Numbered from the stretch's first letter, positions 29,104-38,982 are shown. The stretch is DNA of 64,000 nucleotides from Candidatus Thorarchaeota archaeon (GCA_046482545.1 JAWOEX010000021.1:128001-192000); one strand, 5' to 3'. The notes: generated by a model from the letters alone, not told the origin. Numbers and translations are program-made.

Positions 29104-29787
29104 ATGACCACTGAACTTGACCGCATCCATTTCGTCGCTGTAATCCATGTTGACCAAGACAGCGTAGATGATGCTCGTCAAATTGTGAAACAGGTTGAGC
29201 CAGATGTTGTGGCTGTGGAACTTGATAAACATCGATACAATCAGTTGATGCAAGATGATGATGCCGTCCAAGAACCGCCGACCAATCAAATGAATGCAGC
29301 AGAGGGGTTCTTGAACCAGATAGCTCTTCTGGAAAGGAGCTTGGGACAACTGACGGGATCAGGCGCCGGAGAAGAGATGAAAGCAGCAATTGAAGAAGGA
29401 CGAAAAATAGATGCCAAGATAGCTCTTGTTGATAGGCCCCTTGGAGAGATTATGAACTCATTATCCAAAGTACCGCTGGATGAGATTTACCGTTTTGCCA
29501 GTATGGTACCGGACCTAGATAATCTTCAATTAAAACAGGGAGATTTCGATTTGCTTAGCTTCCTGAAGGAAGAAAGCACTATTCCAGAAATGATGGAGCA
29601 GTTTCGGACGGAATTCCCCGAATTGACAGAAGTCCTGATCGACGAGAGGGATGAATACGTAGCCGAGGCGCTAGAATTCATATTGAGGGATGTCGATGGT
29701 CAGGTTGTCGTAATTCTGGGAGCAGGACACATCAAGGGAGTAAAGGAGAAACTAGCCAAGATACTAGAGACGAACGCTGCAGCGTAA
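29104..29787 (+). CDS. TraB/GumN family protein
   Basis: H, VAVELD, GEEM, IALVDR, LIDERD, LGAGHI. Confidence 0.88.
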   Translation: MTTELDRIHFVAVIHVDQDSVDDARQIVKQVEPDVVAVELDKHRYNQLMQDDDAVQEPPTNQMNAAEGFLNQIALLERSLGQLTGSGAGEEMKAAIEEGRKIDAKIALVDRPLGEIMNSLSKVPLDEIYRFASMVPDLDNLQLKQGDFDLLSFLKEESTIPEMMEQFRTEFPELTEVLIDERDEYVAEALEFILRDVDGQVVVILGAGHIKGVKEKLAKILETNAAA

Positions 29788-29788
29788 A

Positions 29789-30439
29789 TCACAGGTTTAG
29801 CGCCTCAATGACGTTTTGCACACCGTTGGCATTCTTTGCGCTCACCCGGAATACCGGAATGTTGGCATCGACCTCTCTGACATCCTCTACCAGTCCATCA
29901 ACATCAAAGCCAATGGCATCCGCAAGGTCAATTTTGTTTATTATAACCATGTCGGCCCGCTTGATTGTGAGGGGATGTTTCTGAATCATGTACGGACCTT
30001 CGGTGATGCTGACAACGACAATTTTCTTTTCAACACCAAGCGGATAGCCAGCAGGGCAGATGAGATTGCCTACGTTTTCGATGAAGACCACGTCATAGGT
30101 GGATAGGTCTACTTCCCTGAGAGCAACTCTGACCATTCTTGCATCAAGATGGCAGGCGGTTTCTGTGTTGATTTGGACTGTATCAATACCATGAGATGCA
30201 ACCCTGTTAGCATCAATTCGTGTTGCAAGATCTCCAGCAACCATCAAAATCCTATATTTCTCCGCAAGCTCGTCACACATTGCTTCGATAAGCTGGGTTT
30301 TTCCTGTGCCAACCGATCCCATGATGTCAAATGCTCGTACTCCATGCTCTTTGAAGGTCTTTGTATTGATTTGAGCTGCTTCTTCGTTCGCTCCGAACAA
30401 ATCTTTGCGAATGTCGATAGAAATCGTACGTTCTTTCAT
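29789..30439 (-). CDS. hypB: Hydrogenase nickel incorporation GTPase HypB
   Basis: GSVGTGKT, CHLDA, ENVGNLICP, NKID. Confidence 0.93.
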   Translation of the reverse strand: MKERTISIDIRKDLFGANEEAAQINTKTFKEHGVRAFDIMGSVGTGKTQLIEAMCDELAEKYRILMVAGDLATRIDANRVASHGIDTVQINTETACHLDARMVRVALREVDLSTYDVVFIENVGNLICPAGYPLGVEKKIVVVSITEGPYMIQKHPLTIKRADMVIINKIDLADAIGFDVDGLVEDVREVDANIPVFRVSAKNANGVQNVIEALNL

Positions 30440-31008
30440 GCTAGGCCATCTCCTGTTCCGGACAAATTGTTCTGCGTTTTAGCTTTTCTATAGATGTAAT
30501 TCTCGATAATCAAGCGGATACTTTTCTCAACAAACAAAGCCAAAGAAGCCCACAGGCCAGCCTGAAAACAGTCTATAAGGGCGACAATAATCGCCGCTTC
30601 CAAGCTTTCGGTGAAAAATGCAAAAATCGTAATGCTCGGCAGGAATCCTCCGATAAGTGCGCCACCCAAAATCACCATAATCCTATAGTGAACAGAATCC
30701 CTGTCGGAGTTAACATGAATTGCCCAACCAGTCCCAACACCAAGAAAGATGTTGCCAATCATAGGCAGAAGAAACGGTTCACCCCCAGCCATTGCACCAC
30801 CAACCCCCACAATTGCACCAACTAGCATACCCCCTGCCAAACCGCCAATGATACCACCCAACTCTGAAAACATGAAACCGGGAGTCAGTTCCAGAAGACC
30901 CGGTATAATGGGGATTCTCACAAGAAATCTAACACCTATGCCCATCGCTGCAACTATTGCCAAAGTGGTTACCAAAGGGGTATTTTGTGAAACTGAATTA
31001 GACGCCAT
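30436..31008 (-). CDS. ECF S-component-like membrane protein
   Basis: 5-6 TM, RIPIIPG, GG..GG..VG; overlaps hypB start. Confidence 0.6.
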   Translation of the reverse strand: MASNSVSQNTPLVTTLAIVAAMGIGVRFLVRIPIIPGLLELTPGFMFSELGGIIGGLAGGMLVGAIVGVGGAMAGGEPFLLPMIGNIFLGVGTGWAIHVNSDRDSVHYRIMVILGGALIGGFLPSITIFAFFTESLEAAIIVALIDCFQAGLWASLALFVEKSIRLIIENYIYRKAKTQNNLSGTGDGLA

Positions 31009-31014
31009 TTCGCT

Positions 31015-31398
31015 TTACTCTGAAATTTCAGGCCATTCGTTCAGCAAAAAGCTTCTGGTCTGCTCATACCAGTTATCCAGCTGCTTCAATATCTCGCGCT
31101 TCATAGCCTCTTCAGAAATCGCACGATACAGATAGTAGTAGCCGCCTCGTTCCAAGTGCTTCTCCTCACGTATTACAAGCCCCTTGTCGAGCAATTTCGT
31201 GAGCACCCTCTGAACAGTGCTTCTATCTCGTTCTATGCTCTCATCTGTGGCTAGCTCTTCGACTGTCTTCGGTCCAGTAAGCAAAGCGAAATATACATCG
31301 ATTTCGCTTTTTCGTAGACCAAACGCACAACAAAGGAAATCGGAAGGGCGCTCAAATGCTTCTGAGAAGAGTCCCTCAAGTGATTTGTTCAGAGGCAT
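31015..31398 (-). CDS. TrmB/MarR-like HTH regulator
   Basis: CAFGL..SEIDVY, RDRSTVQRVL..LLDKGLV, GGYYYLY; start ATG 31398. Confidence 0.85.
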   Translation of the reverse strand: MPLNKSLEGLFSEAFERPSDFLCCAFGLRKSEIDVYFALLTGPKTVEELATDESIERDRSTVQRVLTKLLDKGLVIREEKHLERGGYYYLYRAISEEAMKREILKQLDNWYEQTRSFLLNEWPEISE

Positions 31399-31542
31399 AA
31401 CACGTAAATTGTACGGCGAGACAAAGATAAGGGTTGTGCAACAACAAGCACAGCCGCACCAGCTCATATAATACTGGACGGCAGAGAGAGACTTCTGTAA
31501 GACTTAACGCAAATCTTCGGACGTAAGAAGACGAGGGGAGTC

Positions 31543-32003
31543 TATTATATCCAGCATAATACTCTATTCTAGTAGGACTAGGCAAGTGGACTAGAGTGGT
31601 ATACATGACGCACGCGACCGAAAGCTGCAAGGAAGATATGTGCTTCCAACCAGAAGTCCTTACTCTCCATAGAGAGAACTTCATCGAGCTCTGGAGAGTC
31701 CGCGGCTGTTCACCTTATCTAAACGGACCTTCTCAGTTACGGTCACAAGGCTGAGATGGGTGATCATGACCACACCGTGGCAAAGACTATGGAAGAACTT
31801 GCTATTGCCGGAGTGATGACCCGGGATGACGACAAGAGGAGGAAGCCTGTACCGCGGAAGGAATCCCATTCCGATGAACGCGGACAAAGGCCTTGCTAAC
31901 GCAAGGGCCTACCGGTACCTTGAGGGCGGTTACGCTGGTAGGGGCAGGGTGGAACACAGAAGTTTCACGCAGCCGCAGAGACTGCAAAAAAAAAACAGGT
32001 TAT
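31543..32003 (+). mobile_element. Fragment A: longest copy of dispersed element, probable decayed DDE transposase relic
   Basis: Contains both B-like and C/D-like parts; broken frame reads ...YAGRGRVEHRSF (Y-x2-R-x3-E pattern); multiple stops. Confidence 0.5.
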
Positions 32004-32054
32004 AATACTGAATTTCAAAAGAAAAAGGTGCTGTTCCTTTATTGAGGTAACATA

Positions 32055-32480
32055 ATGGACTTTCGCAGTGTCGTGAATCCGGACAATAAGAAAGAGGAAT
32101 ACGAAACGATTCCACAGAGAGAGAACCGAAAGTGTATAAACTTGGCACCACTCAAGGGTATGCTTGAATCTGATCCTGTGCGCTCGAAAGTCCTGAAATT
32201 GCTCATCGAAGATGGGGGATGGGTCAGCACAACTGATTTGTTGAAGGCAGCAAGAAAGACAAGACCTCTGATTGGTGCAGTAACGATTGGAACTATCCTC
32301 AATAGCATCAATGAACTCGTTGCATCAAGGCTGGTGCTAAGCCGCACGTCACTCGCTTCAGGAATTGAATGGGCCGAATGGAGAATGAATCCAGATTGGC
32401 TTGGACCCACTCGCAAACTTGTGCAGATGCTAAGCAGACGTCAGCGGCGAATTGACCAGCAACCAGCCAACCGTAGGTAG
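32055..32480 (+). CDS. Winged-helix hypothetical protein
   Basis: RSKVLKLLIEDGGWVSTTDLL..., EWRMNP wing. Confidence 0.65.
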   Translation: MDFRSVVNPDNKKEEYETIPQRENRKCINLAPLKGMLESDPVRSKVLKLLIEDGGWVSTTDLLKAARKTRPLIGAVTIGTILNSINELVASRLVLSRTSLASGIEWAEWRMNPDWLGPTRKLVQMLSRRQRRIDQQPANRR

Positions 32481-32552
32481 CCAGATAGTAACGACCACAA
32501 ATAGCAATTTATCAACTATTCAGTAATTGTTTTTGTTTAAAAGATGTTCAAT

Positions 32553-32593
32553 TTTACTCAATTATGGGTAGTTTACTTACATTGAGTAAACTA
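32553..32593. promoter_or_regulatory. Palindromic operator candidate upstream of S-component gene
   Basis: TAGTTTACT-N7-AGTAAACTA (32569-32593) with a second TACTCA-N4-TGGGTA site; abuts TATATAT. Confidence 0.55.
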
Positions 32594-32620
32594 TATATCC
32601 CGGGTATTTTTCATTGAGGT

Positions 32621-33250
32621 ATGCAATCTGATGAATCATCCACAGAAAAGGACATTGAAGATTACGACGATTTTGTCGATAATGGCGATTTCACTCTGAG
32701 GACTAAGAAGATAGCAGTCGCAGGAGTACTGGCGGCACTCTCAGTAGCAGTAGCGCCTATTGCACAAGTCATCCCCAGAATTCCCGGATGGCAGATAGCA
32801 TTATTTGACCCCGTATCTATATTCTGGATTATCGCGTTCTTGATAGGGGGCATTGAGGTAGGTGTGACTAGTATGACGGTTGGTACAATCGCCTTGTTCT
32901 TTTTTGATCCGTCAGCACCCATAGGACCATTGCTCAAATTTGCTGCAACAGCCCCTATGATAATCATACCGTGGCTGGGAATGAAGGTTGGAGATACTGA
33001 AACCGCTGGAAAGGGGCTCGATAATCTTAGAAATTATGCAGCGCTGATGGTCGTTGGCACTATTATCAGACTTGTCATAATGATTCCGCTGAATCTCATA
33101 ATTGTACCCCTCTTTTTTGGAATCGACAATACTGCCTTCCTGATTACATATGCTATCATATTGAACATAATCCAAGCATTTTGGGATACTGTTATCCCCT
33201 ACGGGATAGTGCACAAAACTACTCTTTTTGAAGAGTTTGGTCTCTGGTAG
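32621..33250 (+). CDS. ECF S component (RibU-like)
   Basis: TKKIAVAGVLAALS, FDPVSI, PIGPLLKF; TM pattern. Confidence 0.72.
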   Translation: MQSDESSTEKDIEDYDDFVDNGDFTLRTKKIAVAGVLAALSVAVAPIAQVIPRIPGWQIALFDPVSIFWIIAFLIGGIEVGVTSMTVGTIALFFFDPSAPIGPLLKFAATAPMIIIPWLGMKVGDTETAGKGLDNLRNYAALMVVGTIIRLVIMIPLNLIIVPLFFGIDNTAFLITYAIILNIIQAFWDTVIPYGIVHKTTLFEEFGLW

Positions 33251-33350
33251 CTCGGATGATTCGAGGAGGGGCACCCAATAATGGTTTAATAGGGTAATCT
33301 GCCACTTCAGGTTAGCTCGGTAATCAATACGTGTTCATGAGGTTATTTGG

Positions 33351-34166
33351 ATGGTCAGACGCTGTGAATTCTGCGATAGCCCTGTCCCGGCTGATGCCAC
33401 TATCTGTCCGATTTGCCATGAAGAGATTGCAGTAGAGACTCTCGAAAGAGTCCTACCCATGCTGAAACGCCCTGAAACAGCCGAGATCAAGGCAATGGGA
33501 CCACTAAAACGACTCTACGGAATAGTCAGACGGCCTGCAACTGCGTTCAGAGACATAGCTCAGCGGCCTGATACTGTTGGTCCATTCCTAATCATTATCA
33601 TGAATGCGGCAGTTATGGCTGGCTTCTTTTTGGCTGTATCATCCAAGTTCACTGTAACTATAGTTGTAAACCAAACGTCCGGGCAAACAGGCACAAGCAG
33701 CATCCTATTCACCGACTATGGCAGCACCTTTCTTCTTTCCTCACTGCTCTCAATATTGCCGAACATATTACTAGGAATGGTATTCCTTCTGCTTGGTTCG
33801 ATTTTTGCTCATCTAGCTTTCAAGGTCACAGGGGGAAAGGGTAGCAAAGGAAAAACCGTGTCTGTTGTCGGGTATAGCATGTTTCCAGTGGTGTTGATAC
33901 GATTAGTGGGTCTGATACTGATACTGATGTTCATGCCAGCAGTTAATGTGAATAACCCTAGCACATGGAGCACCACCATTCAGCAAATCTATGATTCAGG
34001 AATGTGGCTTATTCTCGATTATTTGACAACCGCTTCATTTGTGTGGACCGGTTTCTTGCTCGTTTTTGGGATCAGGGAAGCCCACGATACGTCAACAATC
34101 TGGGCATTTGTAGTCGCAGTCCTATGCATGATTGTTTTGGGTTGGACTTTCTGGCAGGTGCACTAG
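33351..34166 (+). CDS. Yip1-domain membrane protein with N-terminal zinc ribbon
   Basis: CEFC..CPIC; RP..AFRDI, KVTGGKGS, VGYSMFP, GIREAH. Confidence 0.8.
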   Translation: MVRRCEFCDSPVPADATICPICHEEIAVETLERVLPMLKRPETAEIKAMGPLKRLYGIVRRPATAFRDIAQRPDTVGPFLIIIMNAAVMAGFFLAVSSKFTVTIVVNQTSGQTGTSSILFTDYGSTFLLSSLLSILPNILLGMVFLLLGSIFAHLAFKVTGGKGSKGKTVSVVGYSMFPVVLIRLVGLILILMFMPAVNVNNPSTWSTTIQQIYDSGMWLILDYLTTASFVWTGFLLVFGIREAHDTSTIWAFVVAVLCMIVLGWTFWQVH

Positions 34167-34169
34167 GCT

Positions 34170-35105
34170 TCATAATATGATGCCGTAAAGCGGAATGATA
34201 ACAAAGGCAACCAGACCGATAAGCGCTCCAACTTTATCTAATGTGCTACCAATAAGGAGACGGCGATCATTACTTGGACCAGTAAGAGGTGTGGTTGCTG
34301 CACCAGTAACAACTGCAGCCCCGGCTATGAGGAGGAGCCATAAATCCCAACTGGCAAATCCTAAGAACCATATCAGAGAATAGCACACAACCCCGATCAT
34401 ATTCAACACTGCAGCTACTCCAGCAGCTACCTTGTACCCATAAACACGGGCCACCGTTCTGACATCTCTGAGCTTGTCGCCCTCTACATCTTCCGAGCCT
34501 TTGATAGTCTCTCGAGCTTGAAGAATCATGAAAGCAGTAAGGAAGAATAGCCACGAAGGAATTGGTATGAAAAGATGTCCTATGGCTTCGCCATAGACGA
34601 ACGAACCATAGATGATACCAAAAGCAAAGGAAAACGCCACCATGAAATTGCCTGCAAGACCAAGCTCCTTCACCTTAGAAGCATAAGCGTAGCCGACAAT
34701 CTGGAAAACGATTACGATAAGAGTGCCAAGAGGGCCATTCAGCCAGGCAAAAACAATGCCAAGCAAACCGAGAAAGACAACATACGCCCAAGCTTGTCGG
34801 ATGGTCATTCGCTTGCTCGGGAGCACTCTTTCAGGCCGATTTATTCTGTCAACTTCTACGTCAAAGATATCATTGATTACATTCCCTGCCGCTGCCACAA
34901 AGAAGTAAGTCAGGTAGCCGAAGAGAAATGTATCTGCAAATGAGATAAGGGGGGAATAAACAGGCATTGATTTGTAACCCATAGCGATACCTGCTAGAAC
35001 GGTTAAGCCACCAATGAGACAGTTCTGTGGACGAATAATCGAGATTAGAGCAATGGGGTCGAATCGGTTTGTTGAATCTGATTCGGTGATGTCATCCTCG
35101 GACAT
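34170..35105 (-). CDS. Digeranylgeranylglyceryl phosphate synthase (UbiA family)
   Basis: IRPQNC, NDIFDVEVDRINRPERVLPS, RETIKGSEDVEGD. Confidence 0.9.
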   Translation of the reverse strand: MSEDDITESDSTNRFDPIALISIIRPQNCLIGGLTVLAGIAMGYKSMPVYSPLISFADTFLFGYLTYFFVAAAGNVINDIFDVEVDRINRPERVLPSKRMTIRQAWAYVVFLGLLGIVFAWLNGPLGTLIVIVFQIVGYAYASKVKELGLAGNFMVAFSFAFGIIYGSFVYGEAIGHLFIPIPSWLFFLTAFMILQARETIKGSEDVEGDKLRDVRTVARVYGYKVAAGVAAVLNMIGVVCYSLIWFLGFASWDLWLLLIAGAAVVTGAATTPLTGPSNDRRLLIGSTLDKVGALIGLVAFVIIPLYGIIL

Positions 35106-35215
35106 AGCTAACTAGTTCTCCACAAATAGCCCGAACTTGAGTTCCGATTAAAGCTTATCGGCAGGAAGTCTCCCAAAGAGTTTTCTTCAACAGATTCATA
35201 TCTCTACTGGACGTA

Positions 35216-36220
35216 CTATTCCCCGAGACCTTGAATTAACTTCTTTCCCATATCTGTCAGCGATATTAGACCTTCCTGGAGAAGAGCCGTTAATCGTTCC
35301 AAATTGATGCTATCGCCAATTGATTGCCCCAGCCTCAGCAAGCCAATCTGATTCATCTCAAATAATAGCTGTATCAGCGCTCCTAATCTGTAAATTCCAA
35401 GGATGCCAACGCATTTTGTAAGCGCTCGCTTCACTCCCTCAACAACACCTTTTCGAGGGTCATCATATTCGTTTAATGCAGACTCTATCTCTAGAAAAGT
35501 ACAACACATCGTCTTGCTGTTCTCATCAGGCGATTCCAGAAAATGACCAGGTGTCTCAAGCAGGAAAGGATTAGCCATATACTTTCGAATCTTGAATCGG
35601 GTAGATTCATCCGGTATTGAGTACCACGCATCTAAATGCTGATCCGAGAGTGGCTTGACCTCCAGACTAGAATCTGCATTAGAAGGACGCAATTGGGGTG
35701 CAGGTAAGAAAGAATGCCAGCCCGGAATCATCCGCAGGCCAGGACCATCCGTTTTGGAATGCCCTAACTCAAGGCGGCGTGCACAGTAATGCACGAGGTC
35801 ATAGACAGCGTGCCTTCTTCTGCCGCCAAGATATACGAATATCGGTTCGTAATCAGCTTCATGGGCTGGGACTGCTTGATAGTCGTATACATATACATAC
35901 TGTAAACAAGTACCTCCTCGCGGTCCCGGGAGATGCAGAACCCGTCCAAAAACACCAATGAACTCCGTTGACTTCAGAGCCTCCACAGTGGACTTGGGTA
36001 TTACTTCTCCAAGTGTCTTAACCAGATTTTGGTCACCAGTGGCAACGCCCTGCGTCAGAGGAAGGTGTTCTTGGAGAAGGTCTTGGTCATACTTCGCGTT
36101 GATACCGACTTCATGATTGTTGAAAGCCATCTTGTGCCGTTTGGGTTTCACTCGGAGGTACTCTCCAAATCGCTTCTCGACCATCTTTGTCATTTCCTGT
36201 CTAAATGGAACACTCAGCAA
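35216..36220 (-). CDS. Vps62/NPP1-like domain protein
   Basis: LQYVYVYDYQ...HEADYEPIFVY and GWHSF resemble the QY...HEGDWE motif. Confidence 0.55.
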   Translation of the reverse strand: MLSVPFRQEMTKMVEKRFGEYLRVKPKRHKMAFNNHEVGINAKYDQDLLQEHLPLTQGVATGDQNLVKTLGEVIPKSTVEALKSTEFIGVFGRVLHLPGPRGGTCLQYVYVYDYQAVPAHEADYEPIFVYLGGRRRHAVYDLVHYCARRLELGHSKTDGPGLRMIPGWHSFLPAPQLRPSNADSSLEVKPLSDQHLDAWYSIPDESTRFKIRKYMANPFLLETPGHFLESPDENSKTMCCTFLEIESALNEYDDPRKGVVEGVKRALTKCVGILGIYRLGALIQLLFEMNQIGLLRLGQSIGDSINLERLTALLQEGLISLTDMGKKLIQGLGE

Positions 36221-36279
36221 ATCACCTCACCCAATGACTCTTATGAGGGTTCGCTAGAAATTTCAAAGTAGGTGGACTC

Positions 36280-36792
36280 ATGAAAAGCTTTGAAGACCTC
36301 CCTAAGAGCGAGCTCCTCAAGATCATTGATGCTTATGCAAAGGCTTGGCAAGCAATGGACGGAGCTTATTTTCTAGCACTAGAAGACAAGTACGGAATGG
36401 ATACAGCAATTGAAATGGACAAAGAAGCATGGAAGATATTCTCACCTATCGAAGCAAAACGTATTATGAGAGAATTTGATGTTAAACAGAACGGCGGACT
36501 TGAATCTCTGAAAAAGGCTCTGGACTACCGTGTATATGCACGACTTAACAAACAATCTTCCGAGTTCACTGATGAGAACACGCTTCTTTTCAAAATGCAC
36601 GAGTGCCGAGTCCAAGTAGCACGCAAACGGAAGAACCTGCCTGAATTTCCCTGCAAACAAGTCGGCATAATTGAATACAGTTACTTTGCAGAAACAATAG
36701 ATCCTCGCATTCAAACCCGTTGCATTGCCTGTCCACCGGATGAACACCCCGATGATTGGTACTGTGCCTGGGAATTCACCTTGGAAGAGTGA
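36280..36792 (+). CDS. DUF6125-like V4R-fold protein
   Basis: WQAMDGAYF, CRVQVAR, FPCK, CIACPPD...CAWEF. Confidence 0.82.
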   Translation: MKSFEDLPKSELLKIIDAYAKAWQAMDGAYFLALEDKYGMDTAIEMDKEAWKIFSPIEAKRIMREFDVKQNGGLESLKKALDYRVYARLNKQSSEFTDENTLLFKMHECRVQVARKRKNLPEFPCKQVGIIEYSYFAETIDPRIQTRCIACPPDEHPDDWYCAWEFTLEE

Positions 36793-37634
36793 TAGCGCTG
36801 CCTAGAATACGGTTCGGTCCTGCAGGCTATCCAAATGATGCCAACGGGAAACTCGATGAGGTTTTCCGAATCCTCTCAGAAGGAAATCTGAGCGCGCTCG
36901 AATATGCAGCTACCTATGGGCTGAGAATCGGTGAAAAGAAGGCTCAGAAGCTCGCCAGCTTGGCCAATCAGCATGACATAGCAATGAGCATGCACGGAGC
37001 ATACTACATCAATCTCGCATCGAAGAAAGAGAAGACGCGGAAACGATCAAAAGCCCGACTCGTGAAGGCTCTACGATTTGCACCCCTTATGGGCGTAAAA
37101 CGAATAGTCTTTCATCCAGGAACCTACGGTGGACTAGCACCCGAAGAAGCTTTTCTCGTCATTCGTGATGCGATGAGAGAAGCAATAGAAGAAGCAGGAC
37201 AAGAATCTGGAGATGCTGTACTAGCGCCAGAGGTTGCCGGGAAGAAGAACATGTTTGGTTCTCCGGGGCAAATCATAAGACTTTGTCAAGAAGTGAGTAC
37301 CACGATTCCATGCATTGACTGGGCCCACCTATACGCCCGAACCGGTGGTAACATAGGAGACAAAGACAGCTATTCCCAAGTACTGGATATTTTTGAAGAT
37401 GCTCTTGGGAATACTTTCACCGACAATATGCATTTTCATGTCAGTAGTATTATCTTCAACCAAAATGGGGAAAAAGCACATAGACCGCTTGGTGCTGAGT
37501 GGGGTCCAGACATATTACCATTGATAGAGCTAGTGCTGGAGAACGGTTACAAGCCGACTTTCATATCGGAGACGCCCACCCCAATCAGGGGAGCGTTATA
37601 TACAAAGATACTTTGCGATAAACTGAGTGAGTAA
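36789..37634 (+). CDS. nfo: Endonuclease IV / AP endonuclease family 2
   Basis: RFGPAG, HGAYYINLAS, FHPG, PE..GK, DWAH, HFH, GEKAH. Confidence 0.85.
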   Translation: MIALPRIRFGPAGYPNDANGKLDEVFRILSEGNLSALEYAATYGLRIGEKKAQKLASLANQHDIAMSMHGAYYINLASKKEKTRKRSKARLVKALRFAPLMGVKRIVFHPGTYGGLAPEEAFLVIRDAMREAIEEAGQESGDAVLAPEVAGKKNMFGSPGQIIRLCQEVSTTIPCIDWAHLYARTGGNIGDKDSYSQVLDIFEDALGNTFTDNMHFHVSSIIFNQNGEKAHRPLGAEWGPDILPLIELVLENGYKPTFISETPTPIRGALYTKILCDKLSE

Positions 37635-38982
37635 AAAAATGACTGAATACGCCTTTGTCCTCGGTAAGAATTGGACGCTTTCAATTGCAGAGCTTTTGGA
37701 ATATCTGACTGACAGGGGAATCGATTATGACATTGTAGACTATTCACGAACCTCCATCGTACTCGACCTTCACAGATATTTTGAACCCCGTGATCTTGGT
37801 GATATTCAGGAGGCCTTGGGTGGATGCTACAAAATCGGAAAAGTAGTATCCAGATTCAACAAGGATTTAGCAGTCAGGGCGTTCCCGGCAAAGGGGAATA
37901 TTCACAGAGATGCAAGAGGAAGGCTGCGTGAATGTCCGTGGGTCGATAGAATATGGGACAGGGTTAGGGGCAAGAAAATCAAGTTTGGTTTCAGCACATA
38001 TCCATTGGTGAACTATGAAAGTAAAATAGACCTGAAGAAGCTCACGCTAGGTCTCGATGAATGGACCAAAAGAAAGTTGACTGAGAGTGGAGCGAGAAGG
38101 GCGATCTATTACGCATACGATGAATCTAATCCCGATGACCCAGATGCACCTAATATGGCATTATGGCCTCAGACTGTTGCTGAACAGGAACTATACAAAC
38201 CACCGAATTCAGAGATACTCGTTCTTCTTACGACGAACAGAATGTACATTGCGAATACGATTGTGCTCTACGACTCGATGCTTCAGAAGTACCGCGATGA
38301 ATCTCGCCCGTATGTTGCAGCCGAAATTAGCACGAGTCCAAAAATCTGTAGGACTTTGCTGAATCTTGCAGGAGCTCGCAGGGGAGATACCGTACTCGAT
38401 CCGTTTTGTGGAACCGGTACACTGCTCATGGAGGCGGCCCTGCTAGGAATGCATGTTATAGGAATTGACTTGGATGGGAACACAGCACAAGGGGCACGAT
38501 CGAATCTTCAATGGCTTGAGAGAGACTTGGATGAAAAGATTGAGTATAGGATAATCAGGGGGGACGCCCGAAAAGCCGATAGATTGATTCAAGAGACGAT
38601 TGATGCAGTAGCTTTTGAACCAGAGCTCGGACCAGTTTTCGATAACCCACCACAACCAAAGAAAGCAAAATCCATCATCAGTGACCTCACCAAGCTCTAT
38701 ACACAGACACTCAATGCAGTAGCAATGAGACTGAGACCTAGTGGGCGCGTTGGAATGACATTGCCAGTTATCAATGCCGTAGGCAACCAAGTGAACGTGG
38801 ATGTCTATAAGATGACAGAAGGAACACCTTTTAGCGTTAAGAAAATGCTGAGACGAAGCCAGCTTGGCAGCCAAGAGAAAATCGACGAGCGTGTTAAGCT
38901 GTATCCGAACAGAGAGACACTGCCAGAGCGTAAAAGGGGGCAGGTAGTTCAGCGCGATGTGTTGATGCTCAGCAAAGACTAG
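37627..38982 (+). CDS. Trm11-like SAM-dependent RNA methyltransferase
   Basis: RDESRP, SPKICRTLLNL, LDPFCGTGT, EPELGP. Confidence 0.78.
   Translation: MSKKMTEYAFVLGKNWTLSIAELLEYLTDRGIDYDIVDYSRTSIVLDLHRYFEPRDLGDIQEALGGCYKIGKVVSRFNKDLAVRAFPAKGNIHRDARGRLRECPWVDRIWDRVRGKKIKFGFSTYPLVNYESKIDLKKLTLGLDEWTKRKLTESGARRAIYYAYDESNPDDPDAPNMALWPQTVAEQELYKPPNSEILVLLTTNRMYIANTIVLYDSMLQKYRDESRPYVAAEISTSPKICRTLLNLAGARRGDTVLDPFCGTGTLLMEAALLGMHVIGIDLDGNTAQGARSNLQWLERDLDEKIEYRIIRGDARKADRLIQETIDAVAFEPELGPVFDNPPQPKKAKSIISDLTKLYTQTLNAVAMRLRPSGRVGMTLPVINAVGNQVNVDVYKMTEGTPFSVKKMLRRSQLGSQEKIDERVKLYPNRETLPERKRGQVVQRDVLMLSKD

Noticed and set aside
31399-31467. Cys-rich N-terminal extension (CGCACCC) on the HTH regulator
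   Set aside because: Family similarity starts near ATG 31398, so this is probably an ORF-caller extension.
31376-31987. Short ORFs (31376..31684, 31681..31887, 31802..31987) and 24915..25154 as genes
   Set aside because: They overlap the degenerate repeat, and their frames are not kept intact between copies.
31576-31990. Repeat A as group II intron, RNase P or SRP RNA
   Set aside because: No group II domain V or GTGCG start, no RNase P GAGGAAAGTCC/AGAA P4 pairing, no SRP helix-8 motif recognised; multiple partial copies are also unlike single-copy RNAs.
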